A stretch of DNA of 62,589 nucleotides, filler included, from Sphacelaria rigidula (GCA_964200075.2; 5 parts of 5 records of this genome joined end to end with filler, not necessarily neighbours in it); one strand, 5' to 3'; shown: positions 1 to 12,914, counted from the whole stretch's first letter. Made by a program: numbers and translations. The notes: generated by a model from the letters alone, not told the origin.

Positions 1-1821
1 TCTAACTTCAAATATTGGCCGGCGCATCCGCCTGCAAACGTTCATGCAGCCTCTAGGCTGGCCCAGCTCGTATGTTGTGTACGCGTCGCAGGCACGCTCG
101 ACACACGCCAAACATGCACAGGAGTCACCATATTTGATATCAAAGATGTTCGCGGCAATAGTCTACAATAATACTACAGTAGCCTACGTTGAATAACGGG
201 GTTAAACGAGAGCAACGAGAGAGGATCAAGACCGCATTCCCTACGGCAGTACATGACTTCTGGCCTACGTGATAAAAACCCGGGTGGGCGAGACCATGAA
301 GAGGGATGAGAGTAGTGAACAGTCTCACCGCCCAAAGGGATTGCAGTCCCCACGGTTGCTACATCGATTTGAGCACATCGTCCACGCGCCGGGAGCTGAC
401 ATCAGAACAGCGACAATCGGCGCACCCCAAAATGCGCACATCGGCCGCCGCCGCTGCCGCCTGCCAGCTGGTGGCATCTGTTGCCGCGGCACACATGATA
501 ACACCATTCGCATATGATGCAAGGTAGACTTACAGAGGTGGTCCAAGCGTTGGTGTCAGGATCGCCATGTAGTTGCGCCGCAATAACAGCAGCCCGACGA
601 CCAAGAGGGACGGTTTCGCCGCAAAACCGAACCGACAGAGCGAATTTCAAAAGTTTGAATTTGAAGTTTCATCGTCCCCGATATTCGAGTTGCACGCATT
701 CGACAACTCATCAAGAGCCTAAAAGTTGACAGATGACGGGTAATGGTATTGATTGATTGATGGAGTGCTTGTCGTACATAAACTGGATATGTGAACAACG
801 TTGGCCAACTTGAAGTTGGGCGTGGGGTGCACGGTGGCGCAGGGGATGAGAAAATAGGAAATAGCCGGCCCGGGGGTGATTTCTACCGTAATTTGGGGGT
901 GATATCCATTATTTCGCCCTACAGCGTGCGAATGGCAATACTTTTGGATTATGTAAGGTGTTTTTGGGATACTTTTTACATACGAAAAAAAATGAGTTAC
1001 AACAAAAATTGCCCGGGGATTTCATGCATAGTAGTACATGAAATACACTAAATCTTCGACTCGATGAGTTTTTGAAGATATTACTGAAACAGCGGAACCA
1101 AAGCGTGGCAACATTAGCCCGCAAGTTTCCCTGATTTCAAATGAAATTGGCCAGGACCCGTCGTTCCAATTGTTGATAGTTCATTTGGCGTTTGCGAAGC
1201 GACACTTCACCCGATTCGGTGGCAAGTTTTTTTACCCCTCCTTATTCAGTAGTGTTCATGAGATATCCAGGTTGGCTTTGTATCGTGAGCTGTTTTCAAT
1301 ACTCTACCCCGAAATAATTGGAAATATCGAGTGTCGGATATTTCCCAGCGAAATCAGGGTGAACATCGCTAAGTACACCTCGATTTTGGTGCCTGCACCA
1401 AATGTCGAATCGTACCATGTTTTTTCCCTCGCTTTTTTTCCTCAGTGCTCGCCGAAGTACCCCAAGAATACAGTCGCCTTCCGTCAGTTACAACAGTAAT
1501 TCAAGTACGAGTGTAGTTTTTTTTTCTCGTCGCATTTTTACCCCACCCCCCCTTCCTCGGGACGAGTCCGTAGTCTCAAGGGATGGACCTCTCTGTCCCT
1601 TGGCACACGCCTTGCATGTTGGTCTCGCGAGTTGGGTCAGCACTTCAGCCCCGTGTCGGCTCTCGTCAAACAAAAAACAATCAATCCAACTCTATTTCGG
1701 TACTCGCGTCCTCACGCTTTCAATGACGGGTATCAGAGATACAACACTGTACTCCAAAGAAAAAACCCGGACACATCCGACATCTGGCAAGAATCGGACT
1801 CTCCGTTTCTCAACCTCATTT

Positions 1822-1912
1822 GAGGTATCTCAAACTCGAGGTTCACGATATATTTGACAATAATTTAGTGATATTAAGAAGTACATCGGGAACCTCAAGT
1901 TTGAGATATCTC
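1822..1912. repeat. Inverted repeat / hairpin (23-bp arms), MITE-like
   Basis: GAGGTATCTCAAACTCGAGGTTC (1822-1844) pairs with GAACCTCAAGTTTGAGATATCTC (1890-1912) with 2 mismatches. Confidence 0.7.
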
Positions 1913-2873
1913 TCAATATACGGTGTCAGTTGTACCGTTACGCCACCGGGGCGCGGCGGTAATGTTTTAACGAGATGACTTTTGACGGGTAAAACGAGTA
2001 TGAATTGTCGATGCTGTCATTGTACTGTATACAGCTTAATGTCTGCACATGTGACGAAACATAGCCGATCGATCTACAGTGCTGAAGAATATGGTGTGTG
2101 TCAAAGTACCCTGAATGCAGGAGAGCTACACCTTGCTGAAGCCGTGTTTATCGTTTGATGTTGCATGTCTTGTCACCTCTTCCATCGATGTGTACAGCCA
2201 TGACCCACCCACAATCGTTCCCTGTGTTCGCCGTTTGTCTGTGCCATCTTGCCGCGCGCGCAACGTGTGGATTGGTTTCGCTCCTGCCACGCCTTGCCGC
2301 TTCTTGTAGCCATTCAGTTTCACTCCAGTATCAGAGACCCAAGCAAGGTAACCATAAACGGTTATGAAAAATTAACACCTCGACGAAAAACAAGAGCCGG
2401 CGAATATAGCGCTGACCATACCACCAGCCCTTCGCCATCGCGGCGATACACAGCTGAAAGTTCTCAGCATCACCACCAGATCCCTGCCGAGCGCTGTCAA
2501 CATTGCCAAACCCCACACCATTGTATACACTCTGAGGGAGCGGGTAGAAAATCCGTGGACGATAGGTACCTCTAGGAGTACCTTCGAAACCTGGAACATG
2601 ATGACTGCCATCCGATTCTGGGCGGATTGCGGGATATCCATCGGGAGCGTACCAGCGGCATTACAATTCCACGTTTCCTACCCAACGCAGGAAACGCATG
2701 CAAGGCCAAGCCAAGTAGGGACACCAGAATACCGGCCCCGTGTGAGATAAAATCACCGCACCATCGCTACAAACCCTGCGCCATCAGTATCATACTGCAG
2801 CACCACGACACGAGAATACTTAGACACAATAGTAGTAATACACATAGAGGAAAGCATGCGTGGGAAACCTCGC

Positions 2874-5800
2874 TCAGTTCACACGTGGACGACCAAGATC
2901 GAAGATGGAGCCTAGCTGTGCATACGTGTTGCCACCCAGCCTTGCTAAAGGCTTGTACCCCTCGAGATTGACCGTGGGTTTGCCCTCTCCTGCGCCAGCC
3001 TCATTCAGGAGATGAGGGAGAACATGGAACATGACCACCTGATGTGAGCAAAGTCGACGCCACAAACCAAGTGAGGAGTTGGTCACTCATCCACTCTCTC
3101 GAGAGATAAGGTAATCTGGCATAACATGGCCGCAAGAAGCGCAGTGGAGATCATCTCCATTGCGACACCCATCGCAACACCTGCCTTGCTATGCCATGTC
3201 CTGTCATGGCGAACGCCCGGATTAGCCTTGCCTGCGTGTACGTGCTACAAGACGAAATGGCAAAATTACTGAACCTGCCCAGCACAGTGGTCCTCCTTGA
3301 AGCACATTCGTGCTCGAAAAATTATTGCAGAACCATACAACTTTCCATCGCCCGGCATTCGCGCACGTTTTCAAACTCGCTGGGATCTCACCTCGGCGAA
3401 AACAACCGTAGCGGTCACGTCACCCTTGTGGTTGCGGATGTCGTACGTGTGTCGCACCTGGAGACAATAAACGGCGTTTTCCCGGTGTGCTTCGTATATT
3501 TGAGGTGAAACAGTAATCAACAACCGCGGTCATGGGGCATACGATCTTACAGTCGCGGTCTCAGTCTGGGTGTGGTGAACGACGAAAAACTCTTATCACC
3601 GATCCAGTATGTTCACTCGTCTGTCGTAATAGCCGGCACTAAATCAATTCAGGTGCTGCGTCCGGAACGTGAGTTGCTGTTGGTGATCGAAATCGTGGGG
3701 GTGAGCGATCACTTGCTGCGGCTCACGAACACTGTTCCATCTAGTCAAGCAAGCATTGAACACCCCGTCTCCAGCAGGCCGGAGCTCAAAAGAGAAGGGC
3801 AGCGCGTGCACTGCGCCAAGTTGATGCGGGATTTCAATGGGTTCGACGCCCACACTGCCTTGAGCAAAGCTTTCCGAACGCTCGAGACAACTACTCCACG
3901 CGACTGCCGCGAGGCGGTCTGGCCGAGCCTCCGGACAATCGGCGCACGAACCCATAGGCGGGGTAAGCGCTGGGGAAGGTTTCCTTCTTCAAAGGCACGA
4001 TAAAAAAAAAAAAACGTCTCCGGTACCGACGAGATTGAGGAAAGGATTCCCAAGCCACACTGCAGCTTAACTTCGCCACGGCAGCACCACATACATACAA
4101 TTGCCAAAACACGATCGGCAGGCAACTGCTGCGTGCTTTTATTCCCAGTCGAGGCATGAAAACAAGGCGCACCTTACACTCCATGTTCACCGCAGATTCC
4201 TGTACCCTCGGAGGAGCCACGACTGTTGATTTTTCCGGTGTAAGACCGCTGACGGCCATTTCGTCCACGTCAGGCGGGAACTTTCCACACGTGTGATTAG
4301 CAGCTTCAACGAACCATTCGCTCATTATCGAAATCACACACTCCCTGAGGAGCGTCAAACAGGCAAGAGAGATTGAACGCGGAAGCGGTCGCGGGGACGC
4401 AACAAGTCAGACAGGCACACGCTCAACGACAGGAGGTACAGCGTGGAACCCAGCGAGGATGGAACGAGTATTCTCTCCGATTTCCCCTCGGTCCCCTGAA
4501 CGTTTCGCCACGCAACATCTGCTCACCCATTGGCTTCGACATTGGCCAGGGTATCTTTCTTGCTGCCATCTCCATTACGGCAAACCGAAAAAGTCAGCAT
4601 GGGGGGGTCGTGGCCAACCGCACTGAAGTACGAAAATGGGCTCACGTTAATCGTCCCGTCTGCGGCCTGGGTTGACACGAATGCAATTGGTCGTGGCACC
4701 ACTGGGTCGAGCGGAGGCACCGGGGAGGGGGAGGGGAAGGCAATGAACAATTTTTGAAGGTCATTCTCTCCAGATATGGACAAGTGCTCACCAATATCCA
4801 CAATATTGCGACCAGACGCTGGTACTGGCATATGAGAGTAACTAAAAGACGGGTGCAACGAACAACCAAAAGGTCATCCTCTACAGATATGGAGAGGTGT
4901 GTTAGTCAGAACGAGCTCTACCACTGAGCCTCTCAGTAAGCGCTTACTGAGTGGCTCAGTGGTAGAGCTCGTTCTGACGAACAGAACAAGTGTTTTGACT
5001 TCGTATCTCTCGGCGCTTCCTCCGGGTTGCCCCTTGCCAACGCTGCAACAAGATCAGTGTCTCCAATGTCTTTCCACGCCTATGGGGAAGAGGAAGCGAT
5101 GACACCGAGAAACTCAATGCTGGAGTTCGTTGTGACGATCAAGGTGCTCAACAATATCCGCGATATCGCCACCAGATGCTGGTACGGGCATAAGAAAGTA
5201 CCGAGAGATGGGTGCTACTTGCGAAGAAAATCGTTTTCCATTGAGGCTCCAGAAGAAAACGCGGAACGTCTTGACCGGTGCAGCTGAAGCATATACTTCA
5301 TACGTGTATTTGGAAGATGTACGCCCTGAAACTCGTGAACTTCTTACTTTAATCGCGGCACACTTTCCAACACATGATGTTGCCGCCAGGAGCGTACAGT
5401 TTTCGGGACAAGGAGAAGGTGAAGCGGGCACCTCGTTCGAAGTACATGGAGAATAACGCCTCCTACCCGACGCACGGATTGATAATCGCGCATGTGTAGC
5501 ACCAATCGCAACCTGCTCCGAGAGCCTTGCTTCCTTGTACAACTTCGTGTCTGGAGCCCTAGCGGGAGCCTGGCAGGGCACGGCTTTGGCCCCCCGCCAC
5601 CTGCATTTCATCACGCCTGCTTCTCTTCATGATTTTACCAATATATATTCCCTCAACATTTCATCCTCCTCCCCAAGTTTCCCTTGGTGGCGAGAATTTC
5701 CGCCAATTCGTCTTGGGTACACCTATTACGTGACCACGAGAGGATTTGTGGTGCATCATTTCGTGCGAGATAATTACTCGTTACAACACTGATGTGGTAC

Positions 5801-5998
5801 ATCGTTCACTATATGCAAAATCCATACCACGCGTAGCAGATAGTCGTATTCATGAACACGATGATCTAGAGACAACATGACAAAACTCTCATGTGACCCA
5901 CGTGGCCAGTCTAGGTCGTCTGTACTCCTCACTCTCACCTGCGCTGATGATGAGCGAGTAGCAGCTCTTTAAATCTCGAGGATCCAATGGCACATGAT
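2874..5998 (-). CDS. Flavin reductase-like FMN-binding protein (DIM6/NTAB, flavoredoxin-like family); 5'-incomplete spliced gene, exons 5998-5939, 4701-4527, 4344-4173, 3457-3392, 3038-2874(stop)
   Basis: The exons join with GT-AG boundaries and consistent phases (1,2,0,0). The product reads HVPLDPRDLKSCYSLIISA/VVPRPIAFVSTQAADGTINVSPFSYFSAVGHDPPMLTFSVCRNGDGSKKDTLANVEANG/ECVISIMSEWFVEAANHTCGKFPPDVDEMAVSGLTPEKSTVVAPPRVQESAVNMECK/VRHTYDIRNHKGDVTATVVFAE/VVMFHV...KPLARLGGNTYAQLGSIFDLGRPRVN*. VPRPIAFVST, SPFSYF, KDTLxN, PRVxES and RLGG are family motifs. The first exon(s) were not located. Confidence 0.92.
4901..4982. repeat. 82-bp near-perfect palindrome made of two inverted tRNA-like 5' halves
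   Basis: The 41-bp arms have 2 mismatches and no loop (centre AAGC|GCTT). The right arm contains TGGCTCAGTGGTAGAGC, a tRNA D-arm/A box. Confidence 0.85.
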
Positions 5999-8900
5999 CT
6001 GCTGGGCGCACGAGAGAATGGGTAAACATGTTCGCAAAGATTGAGCCTGAAAACGACCCGCAACATGAGCACATCCGCTCAAGCATCGCCAACGGCACCG
6101 TCAGCTAGCCGTCAAAGTATGGGTCATGGCACCTTGAGCAGAACACTGTGTCTAGCGGATCTTCCAAGAAGCGCATGGAAGGTATCGTGATGAAGTGCAT
6201 ACTAGCCGACGGGTCCAACGAGTCATTTCACTTGATTCATGTGCAAAACCGAAGAAGTGCTTTATTTCGCCACTGGATACACACGAGTCGTGGCAAGGGC
6301 AACGTGCTGCGGACCCCATGGGCTGAGTCCATCGGTACGAACCTTCTTTTTTTCTATTTCGTGTGCGTACACATTGAGCGATGACGTCCTGTTTCACGTG
6401 ATTTCTTCGGAAAGAAGCTAGAACTACAACTGCTCGTGTACCGGGCTGAATCGGAAATCGAAATTCCTCTTTTCACCGCAAGAACTTTCCTCTGTGCGTT
6501 TTGGATTTTCTGCCATGCACAACGTATGTGTAATGTTCCAATACTTTGAGCGACATGCTACCTTCAGACCAATATCACCGACTGGTAGTCCTGGTGAGAA
6601 TAGAGATGAAGGAGGGGGGGATTTTTGGGGTGGAGGGGGGGGGGGGGGACTCATTATCTTGCATGCCATTGTCATATGACCATTGACCTCATCCCTACAA
6701 AGCCGGGACGGAGCACGCCAAGTTTTCGCCGGACCAGGCTCGGCTCTACTTTTTTTTTTTTTTTTGGGGGGGGGGGGGGGGGGTGGGTGTTGGGACGGTG
6801 GGTGCTGGGACGGTATGCAGGCATACTGAAATCAAGATATATACGGTAATATGTTGAAATTAAAACAAATTGCAGAACGACCACATACTTTAAACTGTAC
6901 TACTAAAGTGGGTGGCAAATCGATCCTTCGGGCAATCACACGACGGACATCAACCGAAGGCTTGTACCGTATTCCCACAACATGTTTTCCTCGTGCTCCG
7001 TCCGGTGCAGCCGCTAGCTTGTGAATAGCTTTGTGCGTTTTTTTCGCAGAGATCATCTCAGAGCAGAGACTGTGAGACAGTACAGACAGTACAGATATTT
7101 TAGAGCGGCGGGATTTGGTTTGACGTGGTGTGGGCTGGTCGCTGGTACTGGAGGTACGCCGGCGGCTGGTAGCACATCATGGCACAGCACTGCACAGTGC
7201 TTGTACCGTATGCTGTGGCTGAGTGACGCGTGCCTCACGAATTATTTGTTCTTCAGAACCGAAACCAGAGACCTTGACAAAAGCAAAGAAGCTGCCAGAC
7301 TGCCGGCGGCGCGGTAGTATCACACGGAGATTGCCCACCATGATGATCAAAGGAATTATCTGACCGCCTTGATCTGTTGAAATCCGCATCGTTTCTACTC
7401 GAAAGACGAATGTAAAACTGAGATAACCCACCGTGGCGATCAAAGGGCCCATTCACCCTTCGGACGCCCATGCTTTCTGCTCCGAGATTGTGCCGCTGGT
7501 ACTCTCGCGGGTTTTTGCGGAGGATGACTTTATACAAGCAAATGAACACCAACCCTATGACTTTCAAGATCTTGGAATAGTCATTGCAGGATGGATCGAA
7601 CCGAACAATCAAGACAGACTACAAAAAACTAACATCGGCGGTCAAGCAGAAGTCTTGCGAATTCGAAACTTTTGGCCCAACCGGCGTGCAGCAGCATTCT
7701 GCCATTGTTAATCAGGGGAGGAGGGTGCACATTTTTTCTTGTGTGGGTGCACCATTCAGCTCTGTGTGCTGTCACCTAGGTACATAAATACATGGCCGAA
7801 TGTATCGCTGGCGTGATTCCCCCTGCTGCATTGCTGTACTGAAACGACTTATGTACATGCTGCCCGTGGCTGATGCACACGAAACGCCATGAAGCGCGGC
7901 GGCTCCTTCTGTACAGGCGTCATCTCTCCACCGAAAACAACTATGTCTAACTCGCCACCAAAGTTGGTCTATTTAGCGTCAAACTAGGAAGTCGGGCGTC
8001 CAGAGGGCTGGCTGACTCGTGGATTGCGTCCTACTTCTGGACGAGACGACGATCTTCCCATTGTCGAAAAAGAGAAGACTGCAGGACCGCTGGTTGGTCG
8101 ACCCAAACTTCGACGCATCCACTACTGCATTGATTGCCGCCAGGTGAAGCTCTTTTCGCGTCTGAGAAAGGACGGTCGTGAAATCTGCAGCGTCTGAGGG
8201 TGAGCGCTACGGGTGCTGAGCTGGCAAGGGGCGGCCGTACGGCGAGAAACCTCTACATTTTCATGGGTTCATGGGAATGAAAAGTGCTGCACAATTTTTT
8301 GATTGGTCAAAAAATGAAATGGAATCTGACTGGCAGATATTCCTTCGTCGACGGGTCGCAGCCTCGTACGGTAGTCACCATTCAAAAGGGTGGATTATTG
8401 TGAGTGATACCGTAAGAATTCGTTTGGCTGACAAAACGAAACAACGTTCATCTTTTGACCGCAGGGGTAGGTCACCTGCTGAATCGGCATCAATATTATC
8501 TTGAAAAAATAATGCGTGATCTAGATGGACTACCCACACCGCGGTCTAAGGGTTAAAGCCCCCACGAAAAATTGTCCGCGCAACATGGCCTCATGACGTC
8601 GCTCTTTCCAATATGCCGATTGGTTTGAACCAACCATAGCTGTTCCATCTGTTCTAATCACGATGCACATGCCCGTGAGCAGGTCAGTACGGACAATACG
8701 GAGACATCCCGAAATACGAAGCACAGGTTCACTGCGCGTTGTACCCAGCCCAGCTGGAGCTTCCAACAGGCCCAGTGGCGTTTCGGTGGTCTGAAACTTC
8801 GCAGCCTGAGCCGATGTTTCATAGCTTTCACGAGTACGTCAACGGTGTTGTCAGTTCTTCGTTTCCAGATTTTTTCTGGAAACAGACCGTCCATGGTCGA

Positions 8901-9670
8901 TACAGGTTGCGTGATGAAGCATATCTCTTCGCTGTCGCTGCAGAGATAAGGTGTATCTCATGCAAGACTTCCTTAGACAGCACTGAACAACATGGTCTAC
9001 AAATGAGCACGCAGGTAGCTCGTGTGTTTAGAAAACGCCGTTGGTCGTGGCAGGGTCGTATCTCGCGTGTGCGTAAAGTTGTGCTGACCTCGGTGAAACG
9101 AAGGAGAATTGAGAACTTCGGCACACCATCCCTGCCTAGTGTGTAAATCAGTACTGATGGTGAACCGAATGCGCCCCCAGCAAACAGCATGCCAACTCCC
9201 CGACATCTCGGTCATACGAACAGCGGCCAAGCCAACGCCAGAGGTACTATGTTTCGCTGGGCCTGCCGAAAAATTTTCCATGGTTGTGGGTTATATATTG
9301 CGTAAGTTATACGTGCTACCTCTACTCGCGTTGCAGCAAGCAGCGAACTGCCGATCGAGCCCCTGCCTACCCTAGGCTACCAGAAGTTCGTTGAAAAAAA
9401 TGTTTGTTAGCCCAACGTAAAAATAACCCCCACGTTCTGAAAAATGAGGCCGACGAAAGTTTTGTGAGCGTAAAAGCTCGCTATTGTCTTTTTTTTCGGA
9501 CTTAGGGCGTGTCTTCGCACATTATATTTCGATCGAAAATGTGCGGTGTAAAGGAAAACTCCGATCCGATAGGTCGTGAGTTCGTCGTAGACTATTTTGA
9601 AAATAGTTGAAATCACGACCTATTAGATCAGAAATTTATTTTCAACCGCACTTTTTCGATCGAAAAATGA

Positions 9671-10158
9671 TGTGCCAAGACCGAGTCTAATGGCAGCCGT
9701 TCAAATTCCTGTTCAGAACCGCCCTTTTGGCCCTTCCCCGTCGCTGTACGCCTGAAAAGAGGGCTAGGCGGATATTGACGCCTCGGAAAGACTCGTTCCA
9801 CTCGTTGAGACCCTTTCAGGGCAATTTTGCATTTCCCGCTGGCTGCACTTTTATTTTGGGCCAAACACAGATTTTCAATAAAAAACCGTCATGCGATAAA
9901 AAAACAGGGGGAAATTTTGACCACCTGACTGTTATTTACTGAAAACCCGTGTTTGACCTGGTATGACCGAAAACAAAACTGCGGCCAGCGGGAATTGCAA
10001 GGTTGCCCTGGAACGGTCTCAACGAGTAGAGCAAGTCATTCCAAGGTATCAACATCCGCTTAACCCTCTTTACGGGCGTAAATCGACGGAGAAGGGCCCA
10101 GAAGGTCGTTTTCAACAGGAGGTTTGCACTGCTCCCATTGAAGGTGGCCTGAGACACG
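9671..10158. mobile_element. Foldback/MITE-type long imperfect inverted repeat (~210-bp arms)
   Basis: 9671-9883 is the diverged reverse complement of 9935-10158. This is why the ORFs 9628-9864(-) and 9963-10202(+) translate to similar peptides. Confidence 0.75.
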
Positions 10159-11631
10159 GCCTTGAAAAATCTTTCATGGCGATGGATCTTGTTTTTTTTT
10201 AGACCCTGATTTTTTCAAAATCGGGGGACCGTTTTATGGTATCACAGATTTGTGAAACAGTTCTGTGCACAGTCATTTTCTGCATGAGTGTGGTATCGCG
10301 TACTCGTGCACGAAGCCGAAGAGCAGGCAGGTGGTGAATAATCCTTCGAGTACAGTGTCGTTCCGTGGTACTCTAGGGTAATACAGTGTAGGACACTTTA
10401 TCATTACAGTACATGATAATGCCGTGTGGTAATAAATGATGGCACAGTCGGTAGGTATTGCGAGAACAGTGAACAAACAGCGCGCGAGAAGAGTTCAGCA
10501 GTGCGGTGCCATACATCACCCTGTAAGTACAACGACAACAGACTAGGTTACTGGAGTACAGTAGCGTTCGTTAAAGTGACACATATGGCAGCGCAGTGCA
10601 GCATAAACCATCACCATCGCCGCAGGGTACGGCGTCAAGATTCATTATCCGCTTGTCAAAGCCCGTGCGAAGCTGCTTCAGCAGCTGGCGCGGGCAGGCA
10701 CGTCTTGCGTTGTCACGAGACTGTCTTCTACTGCGGTTGCAAAAATATCAAACGCTTCGTACCCTATCGCTGTACGTCAATGCACGAACATCACCTCCTC
10801 AAAATCGGGGAGACCCCAGCTTGCCGCCGATTTCAATCGTTCTAAGATCGCGACACAGCGATTTTTTCTCCCCCAATTTGGTCCAAGTCAGGGTCCGTAA
10901 AATGCGTTCCCCAATTTTTTCCCCCTGATGCTCGAAAAAATCGAGATTGGTGACTGCCATAAAAGGTGGTCTCAGGGCGTGTCTTATCAAATTGGTTTCG
11001 TGTCGAAAACGCTCGGTTGAATCGAATTCGCTCGTTTCTGATTCGTCCACGCTATTTATTTCCTCAGATGATTGAGAACATGAATGGCGTGGACGTATCA
11101 GCTACGAGCAATTCAAGTGCACCGTACGTTTTCGAGTCGAAAACAATGTGATGAGACAGGATCTTAGACTGGAAAAATTTACGTGGAGAAAAAAACGATT
11201 AAAAAAAAAAGCGTTTTCGAAACTCTCGATTACCTCAATCGGGAAATTGTCCAAAAATATTCTTAATTTCCACTGCGAAGTTCAAAAGTTCCGCAGTCGG
11301 TAGACATTCGAAGAAGGAACAGGTTTTTCACGGTAACGACTTTACGAATTATATGTTGTCGAGGCAGCGCGCGATGAATGCACGTTTTTGCGGATAGCTT
11401 CATTCCCCGTCATAATTTTGCTTAGACACATTTTTTTTCCCCGTTGTAGCGCACTAAATGGCTAGAAATTTCAGAACGTGCTCCTGGAAGATTGTTCATA
11501 ACAACGATTGAGCTTGGTTGAACTCGAGCTAATTTCTGGCATGAACAATTTTCCATTTCCAATTCGGAAAACGCCCCTTCCCCACAAACAAAAATCAGCA
11601 CTGGTTGCTGCATATTTATGTAATTTAGCCA

Positions 11632-12128
11632 GGAGTCGAAAAGGGAGCGGAAGAGTTTGAGGACACGTGGCAACGCGCGGACAAGCGAGAGGCTGCTGCG
11701 TCGAGAGCTGCTAATCGGAGAATCCTGTCTGCTCATATCGGTTGTTGATCATGTCCTTAGTCGGTGGCTCTGCGGTGCCCACTGGTGTGTATCTGTATCT
11801 ACTCCGCTGGGCCTTTTTCCCTTTTTTCATCGTTTTATTGTATTTTATTTTATTTGCTCTGTACTTTCCGCTGCTTTCCCTTCTTTTTTGTTTCAGGTCG
11901 GCCATTTCTTCTTGTGCTTTGCTTGTGTTGACTTTTTTCATTACTTTTCTTTGTTGGGACTAAGTGTGCTATGTCGTTGTATTCGACCTGTTTCTTCTGT
12001 TTCTTCTTTTCTTCAGAGCGTGTTTCAGTTTCGTTTCCTTGGGTACGTACGTCTATCATGAGACCACGGCTGGATCATGACTACCTGGGGGGTCAGTTAA
12101 AGTGCCACAATCCATTAATTCAAAATCA
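11632..12128 (+). mobile_element. RTE-type LINE 3' fragment (same family as 41315-42155)
   Basis: It shares GGAGCGGAAGAGTTTGAGGACACGTGG, GGTGGCTCTGCGGTGCCCACTGGTGTG and the 3' end GGGGGTCAGTTAAAGTGCCACAATC with the reverse complement of the 41.3-42.1 kb copy. Confidence 0.75.
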
Positions 12129-12441
12129 GCCCATGCAGATTCCCGGTATTGCACACAACTCGACATCACTGCACTTGATTTTTGGAAAATCTTCTTATGC
12201 TTACAAATCATGTCATTTTGATACTTGCATCGAATTATTGACATGGGCTGATACCTACTACGCATCCATATGACGCACCGTACTGACAACCACCACCCAG
12301 GATCAGCTGGATTCACGATATGTATGATGATCTCGCACTACTGAATCCTACAGTGGTGAAAATCGGTACGAGCTGGGCCAGCCAAAATACGGATTTAAGC
12401 TCTAAAAGCAATATCTCATCGACACAGACGAGTTGGGCCAT

Positions 12442-12541
12442 NNNNNNNNNNNNNNNNNNNNNNNNNNNNNNNNNNNNNNNNNNNNTTAATTAATTAANNN
12501 NNNNNNNNNNNNNNNNNNNNNNNNNNNNNNNNNNNNNNNNN
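12442..12541. other. Artificial contig linker (44N-TTAATTAATTAA-44N)
   Basis: Identical 100-nt spacer with stop codons in all six frames. Confidence 0.97.
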
Positions 12542-12914
12542 ATGACTATGGCATGCATGATCATGAGTACACCCCCCTCCCACACCCACAGATCAAAGTT
12601 CAACTAAAGCGGCGGAGAGTATCTCTCGAATAGTACATTTATAGGATGAGCACTCGAGTCACTGGTCGTTGTGAAAAAAAAAAACGACTCGAGCACACGA
12701 GTCGTTGCTCGCTGTGAAAAAACGGAAAGACTCGAGCACACGATTCACTGCTTGTTGTCTTTTCAAAAAGGATTCACGAGTGCACTCGTTTTGGCGAGTA
12801 ATAACTCGTCCGACGTGTGAAAAAATTGTTTTCACGATTTCTACATCTTCATCCCTCATCGCCAAATTTAAACTCCACACAAGAAAACATAGATGTAAAT
12901 CACACAAATTATAC

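Noticed and set aside
5114..5614. 166-aa ORF inside the flavin-reductase intron
   Set aside because: It has no motif, and the flanking exons already join in frame to give the conserved IISAVVPRPI sequence.
9628..10202. Pair of paralogous small divergent genes (MAQNKSAASG.../MTENKTAASG...)
   Set aside because: The similarity is explained by the two arms of a DNA inverted repeat, and the starts are non-ATG or not conserved.
12486..12497. TTAATTAATTAA recurring every ~12.5 kb as a periodic biological site
   Set aside because: It is always centred in 44N+44N and has stops in six frames, so it is an assembly linker.
12645..12830. CRISPR-like repeats (GACTCGAGCACACGA twice, TGTGAAAA three times)
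   Set aside because: There are only two or three short irregular copies, no constant repeat-spacer period, no cas genes, and the context is a eukaryotic intron.
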